This document shows, piece by piece, positions 9,977 through 19,128 of a DNA stretch of 64,000 nucleotides. The notes beneath the pieces are model-generated. The model was not told where the DNA came from and did not search any database. It saw only the letters and a program-made list of their open reading frames with translations. The position numbers were made by a program, and so were the translations under genes. Source of the stretch: an uncultured Gemmatimonadales bacterium (lineage in GTDB: Bacteria; Gemmatimonadota; Gemmatimonadetes; Longimicrobiales; Longimicrobiaceae); assembly GCA_963716255.1 (NCBI GenBank), contig OY970303.1:5024001-5088000 (forward strand), in the 5' to 3' direction. The number at the start of each line of letters is the position of its first letter. The stretch's first letter is position 1.

Positions 9977-11419
9977 ATGATGGCGCCTTCAGCAGAGATC
10001 CCTGCGGGCCGGCTGATCCTGGTGTCCAACCGGCTCCCGGTGACGGTCGCCGCGGGCGAGGATGGTCTCCGGATCGAGCCGAGCGCCGGGGGGATGGCGA
10101 CCGGCCTCCGCGAGCCGCACCGCCGCTTCGGCGGACCCTGGGTGGGCTGGCCCGGGCCGTACGCCGGTCCCGACGAACAGGACCCGGCGGCGCTCGAGGC
10201 GGCCCTTGCGGAGCTGGGCACCGTCCCGGTGCACATGAGCGAGCAGGAGGTGAGCCGCTTCTACGAGGGGTTCGCCAACGGCGTGCTCTGGCCGGTGTTC
10301 CACTACCTGATCGGGCAGGTCCCGCTGCGGGTGGAGGGGTGGGAGGAGTACCGGGCCGTCAACGAGCGGTTCGCCGACACGGTGGTCGATCTCTACCGGG
10401 TGGGGGACTCGATCTGGGTTCACGACTTCCAGCTCCTGCTCCTTCCGGGGCTCCTCCGTCAGCGTCTGCCGCGCGCGCGGATCGGCTTCTTCCTGCACAT
10501 CCCCTTTCCCAGCTCCGAGGTGTTCGCCGCGCTGCCCCACCGCGAGCAGATGCTCCGCGGCCTCCTGGGCGCGGACCTCATCGGCTTCCACACCGAAGCC
10601 TACGCGCGCCACTTCCTCTCGTCGATCCAGCGGGTGCTGGGGATCACCGGGGAGATGGAGGAGGTGAGGCACGAGAGCCGGCCGGTGCGCCTGGGCGCCT
10701 TCCCCATGGGGGTGGACGCGGCGGCGCTCGACGCGCGTGCCCGTGCCGAGCCCGTGGAGGAAGAGCTGCGCGCGCTGCGGGACGACGGCTCGTGCAGGCT
10801 GCTGCTGGCGGTCGACCGTCTCGACTACACCATGGGGATTCCCCGGCGGCTGCTGGCGTTCGAGCTGCTGCTCGCCCGCAGGCCGGAGTGGCGGGGCCGG
10901 GTGCGGCTGATCCAGGTCGCTGTGCCGTCGCGCGCCCAGGTCCGCGCCTACCGCGCGATCCGGCGCGAGGTCGACGCGCTCGTGGGCAGGATCAACGGCG
11001 AGTTCGGCACGCCGCACTGGACGCCCGTCCAGTACCTGTACCAGAGCGTCCCCGAGCACCAGCTGCTGGCGCTCTACCGCGCCGCCGACGTCATGCTCGT
11101 CACCCCGGTGCGGGACGGGATGAACCTGGTGGCGAAGGAGTTCGTCGTCGCCCGCTCGGACGAGGACGGGGTGCTGGTGCTGAGCGAGTTCGCCGGCGCC
11201 GCCGCGGAAATGCGGAGCGCCGTGCTGGTGAACCCCTACGACCTGGAGCAGAGCGCGGAGCGCTACCACCAGGCGCTCGTGATGGCGGCGTCGGAGCGCG
11301 GAGCGCGCATGCGGAGCCTGCGCGAGCACGTGTTCGGCTTCGACGTGCACCGCTGGGCGGACACGTTCCTCGCGGCACTGCAGGATCCCCGTCCACCGGA
11401 ACCGGCGGGCCGGCCGTGA
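9977..11419 (+). CDS. otsA: Trehalose-6-phosphate synthase (GT20), no fused phosphatase domain
   Basis: [74 protein letters not shown]. Confidence 0.92.
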   Translation: MMAPSAEIPAGRLILVSNRLPVTVAAGEDGLRIEPSAGGMATGLREPHRRFGGPWVGWPGPYAGPDEQDPAALEAALAELGTVPVHMSEQEVSRFYEGFANGVLWPVFHYLIGQVPLRVEGWEEYRAVNERFADTVVDLYRVGDSIWVHDFQLLLLPGLLRQRLPRARIGFFLHIPFPSSEVFAALPHREQMLRGLLGADLIGFHTEAYARHFLSSIQRVLGITGEMEEVRHESRPVRLGAFPMGVDAAALDARARAEPVEEELRALRDDGSCRLLLAVDRLDYTMGIPRRLLAFELLLARRPEWRGRVRLIQVAVPSRAQVRAYRAIRREVDALVGRINGEFGTPHWTPVQYLYQSVPEHQLLALYRAADVMLVTPVRDGMNLVAKEFVVARSDEDGVLVLSEFAGAAAEMRSAVLVNPYDLEQSAERYHQALVMAASERGARMRSLREHVFGFDVHRWADTFLAALQDPRPPEPAGRP

Positions 11420-11790
11420 GCACCGTACCCGAGGCCGTCCAGCGCTTCATCGCGGCGAACATCGACTCGGCGGAGCAGCTCGAGGTGCTCCTGCTGCTGC
11501 ACCGCCACCCCGACCGGGGGTGGCGCGCCCACGACGTGAGCCGCGAGATCTTCACCGTCCCCGCGGCGGCCACCCTGCGGCTGGAGAGCCTGGTGGAGCT
11601 GGGATTCCTGCGCTCGGACGGTGCCGCCGACCCGGAGTACCGGTACCAGCCGCGCTCGGAGGAGCAGGGCACGGGCGTGCAGGCGCTGGCGGACGCGTAC
11701 CGCGCGAACCGCGTCGGGGTACTGAACCTTGTCTTCCGCCGCCCGCCCGACCCCATCCGCAGCTTCAGCGACGCCTTCCGCATCCGGTGA
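11416..11790 (+). CDS. Uncharacterised winged-helix-like protein (paralogue of 19129-19521)
   Basis: GTGA overlap with the otsA stop; FIAANIDSAEQLEVLLLL..FTVPAAATLRLESLVELGFL..YRYQP..IRSFSDAFRIR. Confidence 0.8.
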   Translation: MSTVPEAVQRFIAANIDSAEQLEVLLLLHRHPDRGWRAHDVSREIFTVPAAATLRLESLVELGFLRSDGAADPEYRYQPRSEEQGTGVQALADAYRANRVGVLNLVFRRPPDPIRSFSDAFRIR

Positions 11791-11864
11791 GGCGCCCACG
11801 TCGGCCCGGCCGGCGGCGCGCCCACCCTGCCGCCGGTCTGCCGGGCCGGGACCGTCCCCTGGGA

Positions 11865-12272
11865 TCAGGCCGCCACCGCCCGGAGCAGCTGGTTGCACAT
11901 CAGCTCGCAGCGGCGGCATGACTCGGCGCACACGCGGCAGTGCTCGTGGTGCTCCGCGTGGCGCTCGCACTCCTCTCCACACGACAAGCACGCCTGCGCG
12001 CACGCCTGAAGCTGCGCCCGGAGGAGCGCTGCATCGGGCTCCGTCTGGCGGGACGCCACGCGCCCGGTGGCTTCGCAGACGTCGGCGCAGTCCAGGTTGA
12101 GCCGGATGCAGCGGACGAGCTCCTCGACCTGGGGCTCCCCCAGGCACGCGTCCGCGCACGCCGTACAGGCCTGCGCACAGTCGAAGCACGACCGGATGCA
12201 CTCGGCCAGTGCCCTGCGGTCCCCCCGCACCGGACGCGGGTGGGTCTCCAGCATCTGCTCGGCGTGCCTCAT
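11865..12272 (-). CDS. Four-helix-bundle copper-binding/storage protein (DUF326, Csp3-like)
   Basis: 18 Cys in CxxxCxxC repeats, HAEHHEHC, no signal peptide, GGAGG RBS. Confidence 0.9.
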   Translation of the reverse strand: MRHAEQMLETHPRPVRGDRRALAECIRSCFDCAQACTACADACLGEPQVEELVRCIRLNLDCADVCEATGRVASRQTEPDAALLRAQLQACAQACLSCGEECERHAEHHEHCRVCAESCRRCELMCNQLLRAVAA

Positions 12273-12304
12273 CGGTCCTCCGTGGTTGAGGGGTTCTTCC
12301 TGCC

Positions 12305-13636
12305 CTACGACGCTCCGACCCGTGGCGCCGGGGGGCCCAGGTCGACCGCGTGGTCCACCGGGCGCGGGATCAGCAGCTCGCCCTCGGAGCGGGCGACGAA
12401 GGCCGCGCAGGACAGGTCGCCCGTCACATTGACGGCCGTCCGGAGCATGTCCAGGAGCCGGTCCACCCCCAGGATCAGCGCGATCCCGGCCGCCGCCTGA
12501 CCCGCGAGCCCCACCGACTGGAGGACCAGGATGAGCGTGACGATCCCGGCGCTCGGCACGCCCGCGGCCCCGATGGAGGCCAGCGTCGCGGTGAGCACCA
12601 CGGTCAGGATCTCACCCACCCCCAGCTCGATCCCGTACACCTGCGCGATGAACACCGTCGCCACGCCCTGGTAGAGCGCGGTCCCGTCCATGTTGACGGT
12701 GGCTCCCAGCGGGAGGACGAACGACGCGACCGGCCGGGAGACGCCCAGCTTCTCCTCTGCGGTCTCCATGGTCACGGGGAGCGTCGCGCTGGACGACGAG
12801 GTGGAGAACGCGATCAGCGGCACCTCCCGGATCCGCCGGAAGAAGTCCAGGGGACTCAGCCTCGCCAGGAGCGCCACCAGAGTCCCATAGGTGCCGAACG
12901 CGTGCAGCGCGAGCCCCGCCACGACCACCCCGGCATACACGGCCAGGGAGCCCAGCACGTCCATGCCGAACCGGCTGACCACCCCGGTGATCAGCGCGAA
13001 GACGGCCAGCGGCGCCAGCTTCATGATCCAGTCGACGATGATCAGGGCGGCGTCGTTGACGCCGGCGAAGAACGTCAGGATCGCGTCGCGGCGCTCCGGC
13101 CGCAGCAGCGACACCGCCGCGCCGAAGACCAGCACGAAGACGATGAGCGGGAGCAGGTTGCCTTCCGCCGCGGCGCCCACGGGGTTGCTGGGGACCATCT
13201 CCAGCAGCAGGTCCAGCGTGCCGGGCTTCTCCGCTGCCAGCGCCACCTTGCCGGCCGCGTCCGCGCCGAACTCCGCCGCGAGCGCGTCGCGCGAGGCGGC
13301 GCTGATCCGGCTGCCCGGCCGCACCGCCAGCGCCAGGGTGAGCCCGATGCAGACCGCCACCGCGGTGGTGAACAGGTAGTAGGCCAGCGTCTTGCCGCCG
13401 ATCCGGCCCAGCCTGCGGATGTCCCCCAGCGACGCCACCCCGGTGAGGAGGGAGGCGACCACCAGCGGGACCACGATCATGGTGATGAGGCGGACGAACA
13501 CGGCGCCCATGAACTCCAGGAGCGGGAGCACGCGCTCTCCCCACCACGCGGCGTCGGAGAAGCCCGCTGCGTTCGCCGCCGCGCCGGCCAGCACGCCGGC
13601 GCCCAGGCCGATCAGGATCTTGTTGTGAAGCTGCAC
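12305..13636 (-). CDS. Dicarboxylate/amino acid:cation symporter (DAACS, GltP-like)
   Basis: LHNKILIGL, LGRIGGKTLAYY, AFSTSSSSATLP, GATVNMDGTALY, DRLLDMLRTAVNVTGD. Confidence 0.93.
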   Translation of the reverse strand: MQLHNKILIGLGAGVLAGAAANAAGFSDAAWWGERVLPLLEFMGAVFVRLITMIVVPLVVASLLTGVASLGDIRRLGRIGGKTLAYYLFTTAVAVCIGLTLALAVRPGSRISAASRDALAAEFGADAAGKVALAAEKPGTLDLLLEMVPSNPVGAAAEGNLLPLIVFVLVFGAAVSLLRPERRDAILTFFAGVNDAALIIVDWIMKLAPLAVFALITGVVSRFGMDVLGSLAVYAGVVVAGLALHAFGTYGTLVALLARLSPLDFFRRIREVPLIAFSTSSSSATLPVTMETAEEKLGVSRPVASFVLPLGATVNMDGTALYQGVATVFIAQVYGIELGVGEILTVVLTATLASIGAAGVPSAGIVTLILVLQSVGLAGQAAAGIALILGVDRLLDMLRTAVNVTGDLSCAAFVARSEGELLIPRPVDHAVDLGPPAPRVGAS

Positions 13637-13723
13637 GTGGCCTTGTTCGCCGTCGGGTGGTGAGGCAGGAGCCCGCTGGCCGCCCCGGCTGTTCGCGCGG
13701 CCGTTCTCGCCGCGGGTTGAACC

Positions 13724-13745
13724 AATATGGGGTATCCCCCATATT
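13724..13745. promoter_or_regulatory. 22-bp palindromic operator, copy 2 (AATATGGGGTATCCCCCATATT)
   Basis: 20/22 identical to 9646-9667. Lies in the divergent intergenic region between the DAACS gene and the wHTH-remnant/ClC genes. Confidence 0.75.
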
Positions 13746-13850
13746 CTGCAAATGCCGTGCGTGCGCCGCACCGGGTGCGGGGCGGGTCCACGTCGCCGGT
13801 GGGGCACCCTGATGCTTCGGGAGTGAGAGGGATGAGCGACGAGTGGGCCT

Positions 13851-14212
13851 GTGAGTTCTACCGCTGACGACCGGTTTCCCGACGACGTGCACAGCCCGCT
13901 CCGGGACCACGTCGCGTCCATGGGCACCTGGAAGCCCTGGTCCTGCTCGCCCGCATGCCGGCCCCGGAGTATTCCCCCTTCGACGTCGCGGCCGAGACCC
14001 CGGTCGATCCGGAGACCTCGGCCGCCGCGCTGCGCGACCTGGCCGCCGCGGGGCTCCTGGTGGCGCTGCACCCCAACGGCGGCGGGACCTTCCGCTTCGC
14101 CCCGGCCACGCCCGCGCTGCGGCACGCCGCCGAAAGGGTCGCCGGGTGCTAGGCACGGTTCCCGGTCCAGGTGGTGCGGGCGGTCTACGAGCAGCCGGAG
14201 GAGCCCGCGTGA
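13851..14212 (+). pseudogene. Disrupted third member of the winged-helix-like family
   Basis: MSSTADDRFPDDVHSPLRDHVASMG, frameshift near 13924, HLEALVLL..LRDLAAAGLL..FRFAPATP..ERVAGC, in-frame TAG at 14150-14152, then ARFPVQVVRAVYEQPEEPA*. Confidence 0.65.
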
Positions 14213-14266
14213 GGGCCTCCGCCCGCCGCTTCCGGACGGCGTTCCTGGCCCGCCGCGCCTGGCGCG

Positions 14267-15991
14267 GTGCGGGCCGCGCTGGAGCGGCTGGACTGGGACG
14301 AGGGTGCCGTGCTCATGCTGTTCGGCGCCCTCATCGGAGTCGCCAGCGGCCTGGGCGTCGTCGTCTTCTACCGGCTGATCGACCTGAGCTTCCTGGTGTT
14401 CGTCACCTGGCCCGAGACCCGCTTTCCGGCGCTGAGGAGCCCCGTCTACTTCCCGGCGCTCACGGCGGCGGGGGTATGGGCGGCCTGGTACCTGGTGCGG
14501 CGCACCCGTACCTCCGAGGGGCAGAACGTCCCCGACCTACAGCTCGCGGTGGCAAAGCGCGGCGGCATGCTCGACGGCCGGGCGATCGGGATCCGGACTG
14601 TTGCCGCCGCCATGACGCTGGGATCCGGCGGTTCGGCGGGGAGCGAGGGCCCCGTCGCCGTGCTGGGCGCCGCGCTGGGGTCGAAGGTGGGCCGGCTGCT
14701 CCGCTTCCAGCCCAGGCAGGTGAAGATCCTGCTCGGCTGCGGCGCCGCGGCGGGGATCTCCGCGGCGTTCAACGCGCCGTTCGCGGGTGCCTTCTTCGCC
14801 CTGGAGGAAGTGCTGGGCTCCTTTTCCGCGGGCGCGTTCAGCCCCGTGGTCATCGCCAGCGTGGTCGGCGCGCTCACCGTCCGCCCCTTCCTGGGGTCGC
14901 ACCCCGCCTTCCACGTCCCGGGCGCGGGGGACGCCAACGTGCTCTCGAGCGCGCTCCTCTACCCCGTCCTCGGCGTCGCCTGCGGCCTGGTCTCGGCGCT
15001 CTACACGCGCGTGTACCTGTCCACGCCCGCGGCGTTCGAGCGGCTCCCCGGGCCGCGATGGCTCCGGCCTCTCGTGGGAGGAGGGCTGACGGGCGTGATC
15101 GTGGCGTACTCCGGGGGGATGCTGAGCGGAAACGGGCACCTCGCCATTCCGCGCGAGGTGTTCGGCGGGCTCGCGTGGCACCTGCTGCTGGCTCTCGCCT
15201 TCGCCAAGATCCTGGCGACGGCGCTCACGCTCGGGTCGGGCGGCTCCGGCGGCGTCTTCACCCCCACGCTCTTCATCGGGGCGGCGCTCGGCGGGGGGCT
15301 GGGCCGGCTGGCGGACACTCTGGTTCCCGGTCACCTGGTCCACCCGCACGCCTGGGCGCTCGTGGGGATGGCGGGCATGGTGGCGGGCGCCACTCGGGCC
15401 CCGCTCACCGCCATCTTCATGGTCTTCGAGATGACGGACGACCCCAGCTACGTCGTCCCCCTGATGGCGGTGGCGGTGATCGCGTACGCGACCGCCCGAC
15501 GCTACGCGCTGCACGGCCTGTACGACGGCTGGCTGGAGGCGAGGGGAGAGCCCCTCCTGCACGGCGCCGACCGCGCGCTCATGGAGCGCATCCGGGTGAG
15601 CGACGCGCTGACGCAGGACGGGGTGCGGGTCCTTCCCGGGGCGACGCTGCCGGAGCTGATCGACCTCGCGGGGCGCTCGGGGCCCGGGGTGATCCCCGTG
15701 GTCGACGCGGACGGCGCGCTGGCGGGCGTCATCACCCACCACGCGCTCCGCGAGGCGATCCTCGCGGGCGGCAGCGCGGCGGACCTACTGGTCGCGGAGG
15801 ACCTGGCCGACCCGAGCGACCCGCTCAGCCCCGCGCAGTCGCTCCGCACCGCGCTCACGGCCATGAACGCCCGCTCCGTCGACGCGCTACCCGTCGTGGA
15901 GCCGCGTCCCGGGGGACCCGTGTTCGTGGGCCTGCTGAGCCGCGCCGACGTGCTCCTGGCCTACGAGCGCGAGCTCGCCCATACTGTCTGA
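14267..15991 (+). CDS. ClC family chloride channel/H+ antiporter with C-terminal CBS pair
   Basis: GSGGSAGSEGP, GAAAGISAAFNAPFAGAFFALEE, GSGGSGGVFTP, RAPLTAIFMVFEMT and two CBS repeats. The original start may be GTG 14209 with a frameshift. Confidence 0.92.
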   Translation: MRAALERLDWDEGAVLMLFGALIGVASGLGVVVFYRLIDLSFLVFVTWPETRFPALRSPVYFPALTAAGVWAAWYLVRRTRTSEGQNVPDLQLAVAKRGGMLDGRAIGIRTVAAAMTLGSGGSAGSEGPVAVLGAALGSKVGRLLRFQPRQVKILLGCGAAAGISAAFNAPFAGAFFALEEVLGSFSAGAFSPVVIASVVGALTVRPFLGSHPAFHVPGAGDANVLSSALLYPVLGVACGLVSALYTRVYLSTPAAFERLPGPRWLRPLVGGGLTGVIVAYSGGMLSGNGHLAIPREVFGGLAWHLLLALAFAKILATALTLGSGGSGGVFTPTLFIGAALGGGLGRLADTLVPGHLVHPHAWALVGMAGMVAGATRAPLTAIFMVFEMTDDPSYVVPLMAVAVIAYATARRYALHGLYDGWLEARGEPLLHGADRALMERIRVSDALTQDGVRVLPGATLPELIDLAGRSGPGVIPVVDADGALAGVITHHALREAILAGGSAADLLVAEDLADPSDPLSPAQSLRTALTAMNARSVDALPVVEPRPGGPVFVGLLSRADVLLAYERELAHTV

Positions 15992-16097
15992 CGAAGGGGG
16001 CTCCGATCCTGCATCCTTCCCGCGTGCCCCGCCGCGCGCCCGGTGCTCACCCCCCGGCGAAGTGGCCTCCTGCCCGCCGAACCAGCGACCTCCGCGG

Positions 16098-18557
16098 ATG
16101 ACTCTGCTGGCCCTTGTCCTGCCGTCGCTCCCGCTCACCGACCCCGTCCTCATCGTCGCGGTGGCGATGGCGACCTTCCTGCTGGCGCCGCTCCTCTTCG
16201 AACGCCTGAACGTTCCGGGGATCATCGGCCTGATCGTGGCCGGGGCGGCGCTGGGTCCGCACGGCTTCGGCGTGCTGGAGCGCGACCGCACCATCGTGCT
16301 CCTGGGTACCGTCGGGCTCCTCTACCTGATGCTGATGGTGGGGCTGGAGCTGGACCTGAACGACTTCGCCCGCTACCGCCGCCGCAGCATCGTCTTCGGC
16401 CTGGTCTCCTCGGTCCTCCCGGGTGTGGTGGGCGCGGGCGCCGCGCTCGCGCTCGGCTACGGGACTCCATCCGCCCTGCTGGTGGCGTCCGCGTTCGCGT
16501 CCCACACCCTGCTCGCCTACCCCATCGCGGCGCGCCTGGGCATCGTGCGCAACCCCGCGGTGACGACCACGCTGGGCGGCACGATCCTGGTCGAGATCCT
16601 GGCCCTGCTGCTCCTCGCGGTCGTGGTCGAGGCCCGCGGCCGCAGCATGGACTGGGTGTTCTGGGTGGGGATCGGCGTGCCGTTCGCGGTCTACGGGGCG
16701 GCGGTCCTCCTGGTCCTCCCGCGGCTGGGGCGCTGGTTCTTCCGCAACGCCAGCGAGGGGGAGACGGAGTTCGTCTTCGTGATGACGGCGCTCTTCTCGG
16801 TGGCGTACCTGGCCCATTTCGGGCGGGTGGAGCCGCTGATCGGGGCCCTGCTCACCGGGCTCGCGCTCAACCGCCTGATCCCGGAGCAGAGCGCGCTGAT
16901 GAACCGCACCCGCTTCGTGGGCAACGCGGTGTTCATCCCGTTCTTTTTGCTGTCCGTGGGGATGGTGGTGGACGTGCGGGCGCTGGACAGCGCCCTCGCC
17001 TGGGCGGTGGCCGGGGCCGCGGCGCTGCTGGTGATCCTGGCGAAGTGGCTGGCCGCGAAGGCCGCGGAGAAGCTGTTCGGCTACACGCCGGACGAGGGGT
17101 GGGTCGTCTTTGGGCTGTCGGTCCCGCACGCGGCGGGCACCCTGGCGATCGTGCTGGTGGGGTTCGACGCGAAGCTGCTCGACCAGGCCGAGGTGAACGG
17201 GGTGGTGGTGATGATCCTCGCCACCTGCATCGTGGGGCCGTGGGCCGTGCAGCGCTACGGGCGCCGGGTGGCGCTGCGGGAGGCGGACCGGCCCTACGAC
17301 CCGGGGCACGCGCCCCGGCGGGTGCTCGTCCCGCTCGCCAACCCCGCCACGGCGGACGCGCTGCTGGACCTGGCGCTGGTGGTGCGCGGGCACGAGGACG
17401 AGGAGCCGCTGCGGGTGCTGATGGTGGCCCCCGGGGAGGGAGCCGCGAGCGAGGCCGAGGTCGCGGAGGCGGAAGCGGTGCTGGGCCACGCCGTGCTGCA
17501 CGCGGCGGGGGCCGGCGTGCAGGTGGTCCCCATGACGCGGGTGGACACCAGCATCGCCGCGGGGATCGCGCGGGGGGTGGCCGAGTCGCGCACCAGCATC
17601 GTGGTGATCGGCTGGGACGGGCGGCGCAGCGGCACGCGGGCCGTCTTCGGCAGCGTGCTGGACCAGCTCACGGCGAGCACGCGCGCCACCCTGCTGGTGG
17701 CCCGGCTCACGCAGGCGCCCCGGACGACCCGGCGGGTGGTGGCGGTGGTCCCGCCCGGGCTGGACCGCCACCCGGCGTTCCTGCAGGTGCTCGGCACGGT
17801 CAACACGCTCGCCTCGGGGCTGGGCGCGCCGGTGCTGCTCGTCCCGGTGACCGGGGACGGCGAGCGGATCCGCGAGCTCCACGCCGCGGCGCGTCCGCAG
17901 GTGCCTGCCACCGTCGATGCCGCCCGGGGCTGGGACGGGCTGGACGCGCTGCTGGGGACGCTGTCGAGGGACGACCTGGTGGTGCTCCTGGCCGCGCGCC
18001 GAGGCACGGCGGTGTGGTCACCGGCCGTGGAGCGGCTCCCGCAGACCCTCGCCGACGCCCTCCCTGGAAACCTGGTGGTCGCCTACGCCGCGGACCCGGG
18101 GTCCCCGGCTGAGGGACCCGTGGAGCTGGCGCCCGGGGTCACGCCCGAGCGCGTGGTGGTGCTGGAGGAGGCGGAGCTGGGGGCCGCGGTGGAGAGGCTG
18201 ACGGAGGGGGTGTTCGGGGCGGCGGAGCGGCGGGAGATCGTGCGGGCGGTGCTGCGGAACGAGGAGCGCTTCTCCTCGGAGGTGTGCCCCGGGGTGGCGC
18301 TCCCCCACGTGCGTCGCGAGGGGCTGGACCGGACGGTGCTCCTCCTGGGCGTGAGCCGTGCGGGCGTGGCGCTCCCGCGCGGCTCCGCGCCGGCCCGCCT
18401 CGTCTTCCTGCTCGTCAGTCCCGCCGGCCGGCCGGACGAGCACCTGCGCTCGATCGCCGCGCTCGCCCGGCTGCTCTCCGGGCCCGCGGGGGTCGAGCAG
18501 GTGGTGGAGCGCTTCGCGCCGGAGCTGCCGCGGGACTGGCTGCGCGTGCGCGAGTGA
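16098..18557 (+). CDS. Cation:proton antiporter (CPA2) fused to USP-like domains and a PTS EIIA-like domain
   Basis: About 12 TM with GLLYLMLMVGLELDL, ASHTLLAYPI and FIPFFLLSVGM; RVLVPLANP USP; GVALPHVR and HLRSIAALAR EIIA. Confidence 0.88.
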   Translation: MTLLALVLPSLPLTDPVLIVAVAMATFLLAPLLFERLNVPGIIGLIVAGAALGPHGFGVLERDRTIVLLGTVGLLYLMLMVGLELDLNDFARYRRRSIVFGLVSSVLPGVVGAGAALALGYGTPSALLVASAFASHTLLAYPIAARLGIVRNPAVTTTLGGTILVEILALLLLAVVVEARGRSMDWVFWVGIGVPFAVYGAAVLLVLPRLGRWFFRNASEGETEFVFVMTALFSVAYLAHFGRVEPLIGALLTGLALNRLIPEQSALMNRTRFVGNAVFIPFFLLSVGMVVDVRALDSALAWAVAGAAALLVILAKWLAAKAAEKLFGYTPDEGWVVFGLSVPHAAGTLAIVLVGFDAKLLDQAEVNGVVVMILATCIVGPWAVQRYGRRVALREADRPYDPGHAPRRVLVPLANPATADALLDLALVVRGHEDEEPLRVLMVAPGEGAASEAEVAEAEAVLGHAVLHAAGAGVQVVPMTRVDTSIAAGIARGVAESRTSIVVIGWDGRRSGTRAVFGSVLDQLTASTRATLLVARLTQAPRTTRRVVAVVPPGLDRHPAFLQVLGTVNTLASGLGAPVLLVPVTGDGERIRELHAAARPQVPATVDAARGWDGLDALLGTLSRDDLVVLLAARRGTAVWSPAVERLPQTLADALPGNLVVAYAADPGSPAEGPVELAPGVTPERVVVLEEAELGAAVERLTEGVFGAAERREIVRAVLRNEERFSSEVCPGVALPHVRREGLDRTVLLLGVSRAGVALPRGSAPARLVFLLVSPAGRPDEHLRSIAALARLLSGPAGVEQVVERFAPELPRDWLRVRE

Positions 18558-18563
18558 GCGGCG

Positions 18564-18827
18564 TCAGGCGCGCGGCGGCCGGTTCTTGTCCAGGATCGCG
18601 GCGATGATCACCAGGAACGCGAGCAGGCGCAGCCCGTAGAGCGGGACGGCCGCATCGCGCGCGTCCGCCACGACCGCCAGCGCGACGCGCTGCACGGCCA
18701 GCATGCCGAACGCCACGCAGAAGGCCAGGAAGAGCCGGTCGCGGGTGTCGCGCCAGAACCTCAGGAAGAAGAGGCCGGCCACAAAGTAGCCCATTGCGAT
18801 GGCCCCGGCGACCAGGCTCGCGGTCAT
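18564..18827 (-). CDS. DUF5985-like small 3-TM membrane protein
   Basis: GAIAMG..GLFFLRFWRDTRDRLFLAF..YGLRLLAFLVIIAAILDKNR. Confidence 0.8.
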   Translation of the reverse strand: MTASLVAGAIAMGYFVAGLFFLRFWRDTRDRLFLAFCVAFGMLAVQRVALAVVADARDAAVPLYGLRLLAFLVIIAAILDKNRPPRA

Positions 18828-18870
18828 CGCGGCCTCCAGGGGCTTCGCGGGCAGGCGGACGGGTGCACGC

Positions 18871-19128
18871 TCATCGCGCGTCCCACACCAGGCCGTAGAT
18901 CAGCACCAGCAGCCCGGCCAGCGCCGGGAGGGAGCGCCACACGGAGAGGTCCACGTCGGGGACGACGCGCAGGTCGATGAACAGCAGCACGTTGTTGAGC
19001 GCCAGCCCCGCGAAGCAGAGCGACGACCAGAGGAGCAGCCGCGCGCGGCTCTGCCGGTAGCCGCGGGCGAGCAGCAGAGCGCAGAGCAGGCTGGTCAGCG
19101 CGCAGAGCGCGTAGATGAGGGTCCCCAT
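18871..19128 (-). CDS. DUF5985-like small 3-TM membrane protein
   Basis: IYALCALTSLLCALLLARGY..RLLLWSSLCFAGLALNNVLLFIDL..LIYGLVWD. Confidence 0.82.
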   Translation of the reverse strand: MGTLIYALCALTSLLCALLLARGYRQSRARLLLWSSLCFAGLALNNVLLFIDLRVVPDVDLSVWRSLPALAGLLVLIYGLVWDAR

